Part shown: piece after piece, positions 35,558 through 45,041 of the stretch
Position numbering within the stretch: position 1 is the first letter of the stretch
Layout: the number at the start of each line of letters is the position of its first letter
Origin: a virus
Direction: 5' to 3' (one strand)
IMG/VR virus record: IMGVR_UViG_3300042566_000599
Location: 1 to 64,000 of that record
DNA: 64,000 nucleotides
Notes under the pieces: generated by a model
What the model was told of the DNA's origin: nothing
The model's database searches: none
What the model saw: the letters and a program-made list of their open reading frames with translations, nothing else
Made by a program: the position numbers and the translations under genes

Positions 35558-36835
35558 ATGGCGTATGTCGTTCAGCGTGGGTCACGATTTACAGGCTATT
35601 ACCGCATGGGCAAAAAACGCCTGTCTGCTGGCACATGGGGCAGTTTCAAGGAAGCCCAGTATCAGGCACTACGCATGGAGAATGGGGCTTCTGAGGGGCT
35701 TTCAAGGGCTAATTTGACCCTCTCTGAGTATGCCGATAAATGGCTTCAGAGGGCTGAATTACTGCCTATCACGAAAAAGGGGTATGAATCCCTATGGAAG
35801 AGGTACTTAGCCCCTCAAATCGGCTCTAAACAGGTTTCTGAGGTATCCACGCTTGAAGTGAGGGAATTGCTGGGCGAATTGAAGGCTCAGGGGGTAGGGG
35901 GCGCGACTCTCGCTCAAATCAAGGCGTGTCTAGGCTCTCTCTACAAATGGTTACAAGAGGGGCAAATTACTCAAACCAACCCAACTAGGGGCATAAAGGT
36001 CAAAGTGGGCAAATCGGACATCTCCAATGTGGTCGAGCCTGACCAGTTCAAGAAGATTGTGACCCACCTACCAACAGAGGGTGCAAAGTTATTTGCAAAG
36101 TTCTTAGTTGCTTCAGGGGCGAGATTCGGTGAGGCAAGTGAGATTCGATTAAAAGATTTTAATTTCAATACAAAAGAAGTTTTTATTCAGAGGCGTGTCA
36201 GCGAGTTAGGCAAGAAGCACAACAAGGGAGAAAGATTCCTAGTCGTAGATGCCACTAAGTCGGGTTACAAGCGTGTAGTGGTGCTACCTGAAGCCCTACT
36301 ACAAGAGATTCAAGCGTATGTCATGCTAAATCGCATAGGGAAAGACGACCTAGTGTTTGAGAAAAGCAAAGTCATACCAAAAGATAAACTAAAGAGTTCT
36401 CGTGGCACAGAAAAGTCTTCACGACCATTCGTGAAAGACGGAAAACTGTTCCAACATGGCACGCTCAGGGCTTACGCAAGTGGGTCTTGTAGGTGTGATG
36501 AGTGTAAGGCGATAGTTCGAGAGTATCGAAGGTCGCAAAGAGCAAAGTCATACCAAAAGGGTGAGGTCATACCAAAAGAACCGAGCCACTTGCCACGAGA
36601 TACATGGAGAACCATTTGGAACAAAGCAATAGCCAAATCAGGCATGGGTTGGAGTCCAAGAACTCACGATTTGCGTCACGCAAACGCAACGCAGTTACTT
36701 AAAAACGGCGTTGATGTGCATGAAGTAAAAGAGCGATTGGGTCACCAGTCCATCAAAACTACCGAACGCTATCTCCACCGCGTTCGTCACCAGAAATCAA
36801 AGGCGAGTGAAGTTGTCAATGACTTTCTGGGTTAG
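35558..36835 (+). CDS. int: Tyrosine recombinase/integrase with an inserted Zn-finger
   Basis: SGARFGE (R), TKSG (K), HDLRH, LGHQS..TT.RY; insert HGT..AY..G.CRCDEC. Confidence 0.92.
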   Translation: MAYVVQRGSRFTGYYRMGKKRLSAGTWGSFKEAQYQALRMENGASEGLSRANLTLSEYADKWLQRAELLPITKKGYESLWKRYLAPQIGSKQVSEVSTLEVRELLGELKAQGVGGATLAQIKACLGSLYKWLQEGQITQTNPTRGIKVKVGKSDISNVVEPDQFKKIVTHLPTEGAKLFAKFLVASGARFGEASEIRLKDFNFNTKEVFIQRRVSELGKKHNKGERFLVVDATKSGYKRVVVLPEALLQEIQAYVMLNRIGKDDLVFEKSKVIPKDKLKSSRGTEKSSRPFVKDGKLFQHGTLRAYASGSCRCDECKAIVREYRRSQRAKSYQKGEVIPKEPSHLPRDTWRTIWNKAIAKSGMGWSPRTHDLRHANATQLLKNGVDVHEVKERLGHQSIKTTERYLHRVRHQKSKASEVVNDFLG

Positions 36836-37468
36836 GAGAACTGATGAAACTAGAAACACAGAATCGGCTTGTAGTGCTAATTCTCAGCACCGCCTTCCTT
36901 TCGGGGTTGTTTGGTGTAGGCAGAGTTAGCCCAGCGTTTAGTCCAACACGGGCAGAGGCGTTGGTAGTGCAGGTCGAGCAAGAGTCCAGCGACAAGTTGC
37001 TTGTTAAGTTCGAGAACTCTCACAAGTTGAGTGACCTAGAACTAGTAGCCCTATTGAAAGCAGTAGGGTTCGAAGGCAAAGCATTACGAGAAGCATGGGC
37101 AGTTGCGAAGAAAGAATCGACAGGAAGACCGCTCGCGCACAATGGGAACGCCTCAACAGGCGACAACTCATACGGCTTGTTTCAAATAAACATGCTTGGA
37201 GAGTTGGGAGAAGAGCGTCGAAAGAAGTTTGGATTGGATTCCAATGCCGAACTGCTAAACCCTGTGGTTAATGCCCAAATCGCTTATCACATGAGCGGTG
37301 GGGGCGACAACTGGAGTGCGTGGAAGGGAATGACTCAGCGAACCAGAGAATGGATAGCAAAGTTCCCTGACACTAAACCAAAAGCCAAAGCAATAGCAAA
37401 AGGCAAAGGTAATAACTAAATAGGTAAAGCAATAGGTAAAGGCTAGTAAAGCAAAGTCTTACCAAAAG
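36366..37468 (+). repeat. Dispersed GCAAAGTCATACCAAAAG direct repeats
   Basis: 36366-36383, 36542-36559, partial 36566-36578, one-mismatch 37451-37468. Confidence 0.75.
36844..37419 (+). CDS. Secreted lysozyme-like/lytic transglycosylase
   Basis: N-terminal signal; AVAKKES.G...SYGLFQIN...L.NP..NA..AY......W.AW. Confidence 0.85.
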   Translation: MKLETQNRLVVLILSTAFLSGLFGVGRVSPAFSPTRAEALVVQVEQESSDKLLVKFENSHKLSDLELVALLKAVGFEGKALREAWAVAKKESTGRPLAHNGNASTGDNSYGLFQINMLGELGEERRKKFGLDSNAELLNPVVNAQIAYHMSGGGDNWSAWKGMTQRTREWIAKFPDTKPKAKAIAKGKGNN

Positions 37469-37476
37469 CAATACCA

Positions 37477-37512
37477 AGTGGAGTAGCCCTCTTGATTGGG
37501 GGTTACTCCACT
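37477..37512. terminator. Hairpin at the convergent junction
   Basis: AGTGGAGTAGCCCTC/GGGGGTTACTCCACT. Confidence 0.6.
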
Positions 37513-38252
37513 AAGTTTTTGTTTATTAAAAACCTCACTTGTTCCATGACCTTAGTTCTTTTTGCAGTCAAATATCTTTCTTTTAATGGTTTGAAAGAAG
37601 AATATGTATTTGGAGCAGTACTAATTTCTTCTTCTATGTTTTTTAAAACAGTTGAGTTTATGTAACGTTTAAAAACAATTTTTTTATTAGTCATAAACTC
37701 TACATAAAATAAAGGGTCTCCTTCATTAAAGACCATTGTTCTAGAAGTTTTTGGTAAAAAGTAATTTAAATGATAAGGCCTATACCAAGAACCAATATCA
37801 AACTCTCCTGCAGTTAATATAGCCCCAGGTGCAGGAGTATGAGTGGGAAAATAAGGAGCAGTAAACTTAGCAATTAGGGGCTCATCAGCAACAAAGTTCC
37901 ACGACAAATCTATGCTTATGTCATCGTAATTTTCGATAGAAGATGGTCTTGGTTTATAAGAATCAATTAAACAAGTTGAGTCTAGAGTGTCAAACATGAC
38001 CTTATACTCATCAATGTTCTTAGGGATGTTTGCTTGAAAAGACACTTCATTATAAACAGCATAAACGTTCTTTAACAAAGAGGTTGTCGCTGGACATGCA
38101 AATATTGTTTTTGGACCGCTATCACTTACTTTTTGTTTTCTAAGTGCATTAAACACATGCACTGGTTCTGCATAAAGCAGAGTTCTAGAGAATGCCTCTG
38201 GGTTATAACCAGAGGCAGTCCAATAGATTGTTATTGTGTCTTTGTCCTTCAC
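37503..38252 (-). CDS. Hypothetical protein, DUF6065-like paralog 2 (more divergent)
   Basis: ACPA, GEFDIGSWYRP, GDPLFYV.F; AT-rich. Confidence 0.55.
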   Translation of the reverse strand: MKDKDTITIYWTASGYNPEAFSRTLLYAEPVHVFNALRKQKVSDSGPKTIFACPATTSLLKNVYAVYNEVSFQANIPKNIDEYKVMFDTLDSTCLIDSYKPRPSSIENYDDISIDLSWNFVADEPLIAKFTAPYFPTHTPAPGAILTAGEFDIGSWYRPYHLNYFLPKTSRTMVFNEGDPLFYVEFMTNKKIVFKRYINSTVLKNIEEEISTAPNTYSSFKPLKERYLTAKRTKVMEQVRFLINKNLVE

Positions 38253-40276
38253 ACGTTGTCCTTAATGAGTTTTATTTCGCAAGCATCGGTTGTGCAGTAC
38301 GCTTCTCCGATTGCATCTGCTGCCATTCCAGCATACACTCCGCTGAAATCAATTGGAAAAACTTCCATTGTTGCTGCTTCATACGCTTCTTTAGTTGTTT
38401 GGGTGTACGGCATTTGGGGATAAACATGGTTGCCACTTGGTAAAAACGAGACTGTCTTTAACTGACCGTCATACATGTGCAACACAGTACCGATAGCAGA
38501 AGACTCTGTCTCTGGGTCAAAACTAATAGTGACACTTACAGAGTTGTCTGACCAGTATCTCTGGGCTGTAGCAGCAAGTGCCATTTTTTCATAAACACTT
38601 ACCTCTTTCTCTGAACGTATAGCATCTGACTTTACAGGGAAGAATACGACAGAAGTTGTATCTGGAGATTCGTTTGCTGGTTCAACTTTGTAATTAGCCA
38701 TTTTGAAGAGCGGCAACATAGGGTCATTGTTAGCAAAACGAATAGCACGCATGAAGTACTCGCCGCCAACAGACCAGTGAACTCCAGGAGATTCTCCAGC
38801 AAGAATAGAGACTGTTCCACTTGGCTTTACAGTCGTAGTCTTTATTGATTCACGAATACCCAACCACTCAGAATAGTTTTTATCGTAGTTTTGAATAATG
38901 GAATAACCTTTATCCATCCACTCACGTAAGGTTGGCAAACCTTTGTTATCTGCAAAGTTTGCGACTCCAGAGATAGATGTTCCAATGCGACGATTGCGCT
39001 GCATGATGGCGTTGGTCTCTTCCCAGTGAGTAGGAAGAAGCGTTACAGTCTTTGCATAGAGATATGCAAACTTTAGGGTGCGCAGGAAGTCTTCCAAGTT
39101 CTCGTGGCGATTTAAGTAGGTTTCAACCAAAGTACAGCACTCATACGATTCAAGAGACTGTTCGGCACAGGGGTTGTAGCCAGCAGCACGCCAATCTTTA
39201 TTGTTTGCAGGGTCAGCAAGCCGACCGTACTTACGAGTAACATCCATCCAGATAACTCCAGGCTCACCATTACGAGCAATGCCGTCAATGATTGGGGTCA
39301 AGTCTTGGCCAACAGATACCTCAACAGAGTTGTTGGACATCCAGCCGTGAGTCATACGCTCTGGATACTTGTCGTAGTTCTTTAAATTTAAGAAGTCTTC
39401 ATCGTCAAGTCGTCCCATTAACAACTCGGCAGAACGACGAACATTTCCAGACACAACACAAACACCAATCATGTTTCCAATGTCTGCAATGTCTCTACGA
39501 GTTAACTTTTGACCTGCACGACCGTTAAACATCGAACGAATCAAGTCGTGAAGTTTGATTAGTGGGTCTGGTCCTGCTGCGGTTCCACCGAACGTCTTGA
39601 TTGGTTCGCCTGCTGGACGGACTGCTTCGTAATTAAATACTGGATTCTTCGAATCTGGTCGTAAGTAGGAATTGATGAGGGCTGCGGTCGATTCGACCCA
39701 GCCTTCTCTGGTGTCTGGGATGTCATACGGTTGGTCTCCTTGTGGTGCGTAGATAGTGAACTCTTTGTCTGCGCCCTTATCATCAAAGCCAACTCCAACT
39801 CCAAGCATTGATGCTTCCATTAAGAATGCGAATGGTTTTGCTGGGTCTGTCTTTGTCATGGAACCAGTTGATACAAATGCACAGTTCTGTAGGGCTGCTG
39901 AATTTCGTTGAACATTCACTAGAGGAGTGCCCATAACCCACAGTCCGCGTCCTGGCGGTGTCCACTTCAAGTTAAATAGTCGGTCAAAGGCTTCTTTAGC
40001 AGAGGCTGCTGCTTTGGCGTCAGACCAAGGGAGTCGTTGACTTTTGGCGTGGTCCTTTTGAAGAGAGTACATACCGTTGATGACGCGTTCACATACGTCG
40101 ACCCATGTCTCTTTCTGACCATCTTGCTTTAGGCGAGAATAGGTTCGAAGGAAAGTGATTTCACCAACCGAGTTTCCACCAGCATCTCGATAGCCAAACG
40201 GTGCTTTCTTGTCCTTGTACTGGGCAATAAAGTCGTCAGTTAATTTAAAAGAAAAGTAATTCATTTCCCCTACCAT
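38249..40276 (-). CDS. nrdJ: Class II (B12-dependent) ribonucleotide reductase
   Basis: PPGRGLW, NCAF, GNVRRSA, NPCAEQ.L...CCTL, TTVKPSGT, C-terminal CTTDAC. Confidence 0.95.
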   Translation of the reverse strand: MVGEMNYFSFKLTDDFIAQYKDKKAPFGYRDAGGNSVGEITFLRTYSRLKQDGQKETWVDVCERVINGMYSLQKDHAKSQRLPWSDAKAAASAKEAFDRLFNLKWTPPGRGLWVMGTPLVNVQRNSAALQNCAFVSTGSMTKTDPAKPFAFLMEASMLGVGVGFDDKGADKEFTIYAPQGDQPYDIPDTREGWVESTAALINSYLRPDSKNPVFNYEAVRPAGEPIKTFGGTAAGPDPLIKLHDLIRSMFNGRAGQKLTRRDIADIGNMIGVCVVSGNVRRSAELLMGRLDDEDFLNLKNYDKYPERMTHGWMSNNSVEVSVGQDLTPIIDGIARNGEPGVIWMDVTRKYGRLADPANNKDWRAAGYNPCAEQSLESYECCTLVETYLNRHENLEDFLRTLKFAYLYAKTVTLLPTHWEETNAIMQRNRRIGTSISGVANFADNKGLPTLREWMDKGYSIIQNYDKNYSEWLGIRESIKTTTVKPSGTVSILAGESPGVHWSVGGEYFMRAIRFANNDPMLPLFKMANYKVEPANESPDTTSVVFFPVKSDAIRSEKEVSVYEKMALAATAQRYWSDNSVSVTISFDPETESSAIGTVLHMYDGQLKTVSFLPSGNHVYPQMPYTQTTKEAYEAATMEVFPIDFSGVYAGMAADAIGEAYCTTDACEIKLIKDNV

Positions 40277-40421
40277 TTCATCAGATTATCAAATACCCCA
40301 TAAGGGGAGACCTATTGTGCTTGTGTAAAACCTATCATGCACTTGTTAACTTCGTTTAATACTTTTTTCAACCTATGCAGTATGAACCCTGTTTCATACC
40401 TTGATAATTGCTGTTATCAGA

Positions 40422-41927
40422 TTATTGGTCTTCTATTGACCCAGAAATAATCTTTGTTACTGTATCTTCTTTAAGCGTCTCAGGCAACTCTTTTAATGCT
40501 TGAGCACGGTCACCAAAGATGGCGGAAAGCACTCCACCAGCACTCTGACGCTGGGCTGTAATCTGTATAAACTCTTTATTGGTCTCCATTTCCTTAACCT
40601 GATTGACCAGTTTGAATAGGCGGTCAATCTCCTGTGAGACGTTAGGGTCCGCATATCCGCCATTCATTTCTTCGGCAAAACGCATGAACGCCACACGCTG
40701 TCCTTGCATCTCAATTATGGCTGTGAGCAGGGATTTTAATTGTTCTTTAGTCTTTACCTCTACTGGAAGATTGAAGGCACAAGAATTATTAGGCTTGAAA
40801 GCAGGGCAATTAGCAGCGACAAAGCAAGTGTTGCACTGACGAATTGAACCACTCTGCGTTTGAACGACGGGTACATCTTTTAAAACATCCCTTCCATTCT
40901 CATCTGTTTCTACTACAGTCTTTATATTGAAGCCAAATACAGGTAAATTCTGCATCTCTTCAGGGGCTCTTTGAACCACTTCACTTCGCTCCACTTTCCT
41001 CCCTTCTACTCCACTGTTATCAGAAGGTACCCCCATCATTTCCATCAAACCTGTCATTAGTGGGGTATCGCTGTTATCAGATACTTCCTCAATTTTGCCA
41101 CCCTCAATGATGTGTAAATCAGGCTTCTTTTTATCCATTGACTTCTCCAACTGTAGATACGACCACACGGCAACTCTAGTGGCTTCAAGGGTACTATCTT
41201 TGACGAACTCTGAATAGTCTAGACCTGCGCCCTCAACAATTGCCTTGTATCGAAGCCTGGCTTGGTCTTTCATCTTCTTTGGATATCTAACTAACTTGGT
41301 CCCATCCCAGATGATTGTTTCGCCTCTTCTCATGGGCGATAACCATGACAATGTGCTTGCTGTAGCAAATGGTATCTGTCTTAGGTTGTCTGGCTTGGCA
41401 CACCCCAGAGCATGATAGCGAGTTCCAAACTGTCTTTCATAGGCTCTGGTTATGCCTGATAGGTTGGTGACTGATTCAATCTCTTCATTAGGTATTGCAA
41501 TGTTTTGGAATTGCTGTGAAAGTTCTTTTAGGTTGAGTAGCCCGTACTCTTGATGCCATATTACCCATAGTTTGGGGTCATTACTGAAAAAGGGACGTTG
41601 TTGTGCTACCCACTCTTGGCCCAAAATCTGTGAGTCGAATTCTTGAAAGGCCTCGGCTCTGTCAGCGTTATTGACCAAAAACTCCTGGTAGTCAGCAGCC
41701 AAGTCTAGTAACTCTTGTCTGGACAGGCCAGCCTTGTCCGCCTGAGATGCTCCAGACTCAATATAAACCTTTACATTACTATCAAAATGTTCAGAGATAA
41801 GCCAAGACTTTGTTTTAGGCAACCCACGTTTGCGTAAACCCCAATAGTTGAGTCCCATCGACTCAACTTTGAGACCTTCAAGAAGGGTACGGTTACTTCC
41901 AACCTCTGTTCCTGAGAAGATAAGCAT
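40422..41927 (-). CDS. TGT/DpdA-like TIM-barrel protein with degenerate active site plus Cys-cluster C-terminal domain
   Basis: VYIESGA, VIWH, YHALG, PF.TAST.SW echo DSG/PVxH/HxxG/SxDSxSW; C-terminal CNTC....CP.....C. Confidence 0.5.
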   Translation of the reverse strand: MLIFSGTEVGSNRTLLEGLKVESMGLNYWGLRKRGLPKTKSWLISEHFDSNVKVYIESGASQADKAGLSRQELLDLAADYQEFLVNNADRAEAFQEFDSQILGQEWVAQQRPFFSNDPKLWVIWHQEYGLLNLKELSQQFQNIAIPNEEIESVTNLSGITRAYERQFGTRYHALGCAKPDNLRQIPFATASTLSWLSPMRRGETIIWDGTKLVRYPKKMKDQARLRYKAIVEGAGLDYSEFVKDSTLEATRVAVWSYLQLEKSMDKKKPDLHIIEGGKIEEVSDNSDTPLMTGLMEMMGVPSDNSGVEGRKVERSEVVQRAPEEMQNLPVFGFNIKTVVETDENGRDVLKDVPVVQTQSGSIRQCNTCFVAANCPAFKPNNSCAFNLPVEVKTKEQLKSLLTAIIEMQGQRVAFMRFAEEMNGGYADPNVSQEIDRLFKLVNQVKEMETNKEFIQITAQRQSAGGVLSAIFGDRAQALKELPETLKEDTVTKIISGSIEDQ

Positions 41928-42412
41928 TAGTCATCCCAGAGTTGTGCGTCTTTGGGCTGGGATGCATACTTTGACTTAGCAATATTAACTTTTGTAATAG
42001 CGTCCTCTATGTCTGACCATTTGCGAACTTTACTTGGAGCATCAGGCCTGTGTTCGATAGGTAAGTAACTTGGGTTACTCACCAGTAGTGTGGGTATACC
42101 TTGCTCCATAACCCAGGCACACATTGATGGGTCAGAGTCAACGTACATCTCTACAGGAGCCTTTTGACGACTTAACTTAAATTGACGTTTCTTTAGGTCT
42201 TCTCCAGTCAAGTCAACAACGTTGTCCAGTAGGTCATCAAAACCAATAATTCCGTGAGAGTTTAACCAGTGTTTTGCATCAGAAGAAGTGCCCTTAGTAA
42301 TCAAGGCAACACGATGTAAATTATTTAATGCATAGTAAACCAGTACACCCGCTCTGTTTGGTTCCCCAGATTCGGCTCTGAGCACTCCATCTAATGAAAA
42401 TATTATGTTCAT
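41927..42412 (-). CDS. HAD-like protein
   Basis: IIFSLDGVL (motif I with first Asp replaced), YVDSDP. Confidence 0.6.
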   Translation of the reverse strand: MNIIFSLDGVLRAESGEPNRAGVLVYYALNNLHRVALITKGTSSDAKHWLNSHGIIGFDDLLDNVVDLTGEDLKKRQFKLSRQKAPVEMYVDSDPSMCAWVMEQGIPTLLVSNPSYLPIEHRPDAPSKVRKWSDIEDAITKVNIAKSKYASQPKDAQLWDD

Positions 42413-42416
42413 AAGC

Positions 42417-42854
42417 CTATTCCTTGTACCTTAATAAGTCGTTGTCTTTTATGTATTCAAAAATTTCTTTGTTAGTTTTGTTTAAGATATAACTAGGTAT
42501 TGATAAAGAACTCAAAGAAGATACCCAACAATGTATTGACAAAACATAAAAACCTTCAGAACAAGAGTAGATACTAGGGTCTAACCGTGGTCTGTTAAGT
42601 AAAGCCTCTGTATTCTTTGGAACAACTACATATATAGGATTAAACAAAGGTTCTTCGTCAGTAACAGAAGTTTGTGTTCCGCCAAAAATAGGGGGCAATC
42701 CCAAAGCATATCTGGTTGCTAACTCAAGATGAGTCGTGGCAAATGCTTGTGCTCCAATTTCAGGAATACTGTAACCAGGAGTTATAAGGGTACCTATTTC
42801 CATCTGGTGTGGGCTTCCGTGAAACAATTTTAATTCTCCAATATTTTGCTCCAT
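42417..42854 (-). CDS. Arr-like ADP-ribosyltransferase
   Basis: LFHGS...IGTLITP, AFATT....A..YA, IYVVVP, YSC.EGFYV. Confidence 0.6.
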   Translation of the reverse strand: MEQNIGELKLFHGSPHQMEIGTLITPGYSIPEIGAQAFATTHLELATRYALGLPPIFGGTQTSVTDEEPLFNPIYVVVPKNTEALLNRPRLDPSIYSCSEGFYVLSIHCWVSSLSSLSIPSYILNKTNKEIFEYIKDNDLLRYKE

Positions 42855-42863
42855 TTAGAGTTA

Positions 42864-43802
42864 CTAATCTCCGATTCGATAAGTTGCTGCTCTACGAATA
42901 AGGGTTTGAGTATCAGGCAATTCAACTCCATACGTCTCTTCTGCCTGCTTTCCCTCGTAAGCCTTTAAGTAGTCATGCATCTGACGAAGAGCGGGAACAG
43001 TCCCATACTTCTTTCCTGCTTGCCAACGATAATTATAGAAGTCGTCATAACCCTTACCAAATTCACCAAATGCAAGTTTGCGAGATTGATGGATGTCCTC
43101 AAATAACATCGCTCCCTGCTGTAGTGATTGCTGTAACTTGTACTCGGCATTACGACGTATAGCGTCATTAGGAGCAGACTGCACTTCAATCAATGCCCTT
43201 GAATAACGAGTAACAATATCCATAGCCATAGAACGGTCACGTTGTGTTGCTTTTTCCCATGCAGGATTACTTGGAGCAGTTGTTCGACGTGGAAATACTG
43301 TCCACTCATTGTGCTTTAAGTCATATGCTGCATACGGATGTATGGTGCGAATATCTGTAGCACCAGGATTTACATAAAAAGTTACTTCAAATCCATGCCA
43401 ATTAGAAGTCTCTGGTTGTAAGTGATTTCTAAAGTCTTCATTAAGCATTTTACTAATTTCTGTATCAGACAATCCAACATATTCAGGATGGGCTCTACGG
43501 AACTGTACATAATCAACGCCAATCAACACATCCATGTCACCTGGGTCACGATGGGCTGACCATTGGTATGAGACTGCAGAACCTGCAATCCATGTGTGAG
43601 CCCAAAGGTCTGAGTGTCGGTACTGCTCATTCAAAAATCCAAATAGAAGTTGCAGAATTCCGTTCCGCACCCAGCCCTTGAGAACTGTGCCAGTAAATAA
43701 CTGAGGGTCTAAATCTTCTTCTGGTTGTGAGAAGTACGAAGTAGAACCTTGTTGAATCTCAACAGGCTCTGCTCCTTGTTCTATGCTTAACTGGCGTTTC
43801 AT
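42864..43802 (-). CDS. Pol-beta superfamily nucleotidyltransferase
   Basis: AGS.VSYQW...GDMDVL and EVTFYV. Confidence 0.75.
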   Translation of the reverse strand: MKRQLSIEQGAEPVEIQQGSTSYFSQPEEDLDPQLFTGTVLKGWVRNGILQLLFGFLNEQYRHSDLWAHTWIAGSAVSYQWSAHRDPGDMDVLIGVDYVQFRRAHPEYVGLSDTEISKMLNEDFRNHLQPETSNWHGFEVTFYVNPGATDIRTIHPYAAYDLKHNEWTVFPRRTTAPSNPAWEKATQRDRSMAMDIVTRYSRALIEVQSAPNDAIRRNAEYKLQQSLQQGAMLFEDIHQSRKLAFGEFGKGYDDFYNYRWQAGKKYGTVPALRQMHDYLKAYEGKQAEETYGVELPDTQTLIRRAATYRIGD

Positions 43803-43821
43803 ACGCCTAGTCTATGTCTCT

Positions 43822-44157
43822 TTAGGCTTTCGAGGTATCTATGCCACGTTCAGAGAGTGCAGAACGCAGTTTTTCTTTTGCTTCATCGGCAGGATTTGCT
43901 GATAAAGCCATCAAAACAGACTTTGTAATACGGTCTGTTAATAGTAAAGATTCAATGTCCTCCACTATTTCGCGGCAAGAATGGAACACATCAAAAGTGC
44001 TTGCTTTACGTTGTACACGGTCTCCCTCTACAGCCTCTGTACTAACCGCGCCGTCTTCATGAACCACTACGGTAAAAGCATATTGAAACCTTGGTTCAGG
44101 TCTTCCAAGGTCTTCCCAAGCCTTTTCTTTTTCTACGGGGTCGTTTATATGCTCCAT
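43822..44157 (-). CDS. Hypothetical protein
   Basis: Coupled ORF. Confidence 0.55.
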   Translation of the reverse strand: MEHINDPVEKEKAWEDLGRPEPRFQYAFTVVVHEDGAVSTEAVEGDRVQRKASTFDVFHSCREIVEDIESLLLTDRITKSVLMALSANPADEAKEKLRSALSERGIDTSKA

Positions 44158-44705
44158 TAACTCAACCCCATCAATTTTTGTTTACGTTGGGCTACACCAA
44201 CTGCTACAGGACAAAAATCACACAAGTAAGTTTTTGGACCTACTTCGTCTTGGTATTTGCCCATACCTTCTGCTTTACGTTCTTTAACAGTATTTGGAAC
44301 TAACATCTTCTCTTTTATGTGCCAATCAGCGCAGCCATCTTTCGGTTGGTTATGCGCTTTGTAGCACTGCATTGCACCTTCCATGAAGGTTGAACGAGAT
44401 TCGTAAAACTTGTCATCAACCTCGTCAAGACCTTTAGAGCCTCCGCTTTTTAGTTGACGAATAATCTCTTTCTTCTTACTTGCGTCAGCCCAATACTTAA
44501 TGGGTAAAACAAACAACTTTCCTTTGTGAGGGTCTCCTGATGGAAATACGTGGTTTTCACAGGCAATGGCAAGAAGATAATCCTGTTCTACAGGACCTTC
44601 ATAGGGAGGAAGTTCTTCAAGAGAATCACAGACTAGGCAATGTAAAAGCCTGAATACAGGACCGCCTACATCCTTCTTTTCTCCAAGTATAGGTATATTA
44701 CTCAT
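44157..44705 (-). CDS. Cys/His-rich hypothetical protein
   Basis: CLVC, C..H, LCDFCP; SD AAGGAG. Confidence 0.6.
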   Translation of the reverse strand: MSNIPILGEKKDVGGPVFRLLHCLVCDSLEELPPYEGPVEQDYLLAIACENHVFPSGDPHKGKLFVLPIKYWADASKKKEIIRQLKSGGSKGLDEVDDKFYESRSTFMEGAMQCYKAHNQPKDGCADWHIKEKMLVPNTVKERKAEGMGKYQDEVGPKTYLCDFCPVAVGVAQRKQKLMGLS

Positions 44706-44757
44706 TGTGCTCCTTGTAGTAGTCCAGTTATCTTAACAGATAACTACATAAGTTAGT

Positions 44758-45039
44758 TTAGTAGTCGTTGTCAGTTGGCTTTAGCCAAGCGTGAAGGTGA
44801 TGTTGTTCGACGATAGCGTGTGCTGGAGCATGCTTCTCGCCTCTGTATAAGACACCTTCTGGAAGTTTAATCTTTGCGTCATGGTTTCCACGATTGACAG
44901 CGGAAATTGCACGCTTTGATGGGCCAAGCATGGAGGCAGGAACTGGTGGGTAGTGATTCCCTTGTAAATGAGCAAGAAGACCTAAGTCCTTGTTCTTGCC
45001 CTTCATTGAAGCAAATTCTTCAGCATGCATGTTTCCCAT
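44758..45039 (-). CDS. Hypothetical protein
   Basis: HLQGNHYPPVP...AIVEQHHL.AW conserved-looking motif. Confidence 0.6.
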   Translation of the reverse strand: MGNMHAEEFASMKGKNKDLGLLAHLQGNHYPPVPASMLGPSKRAISAVNRGNHDAKIKLPEGVLYRGEKHAPAHAIVEQHHLHAWLKPTDNDY

Positions 45040-45041
45040 GG

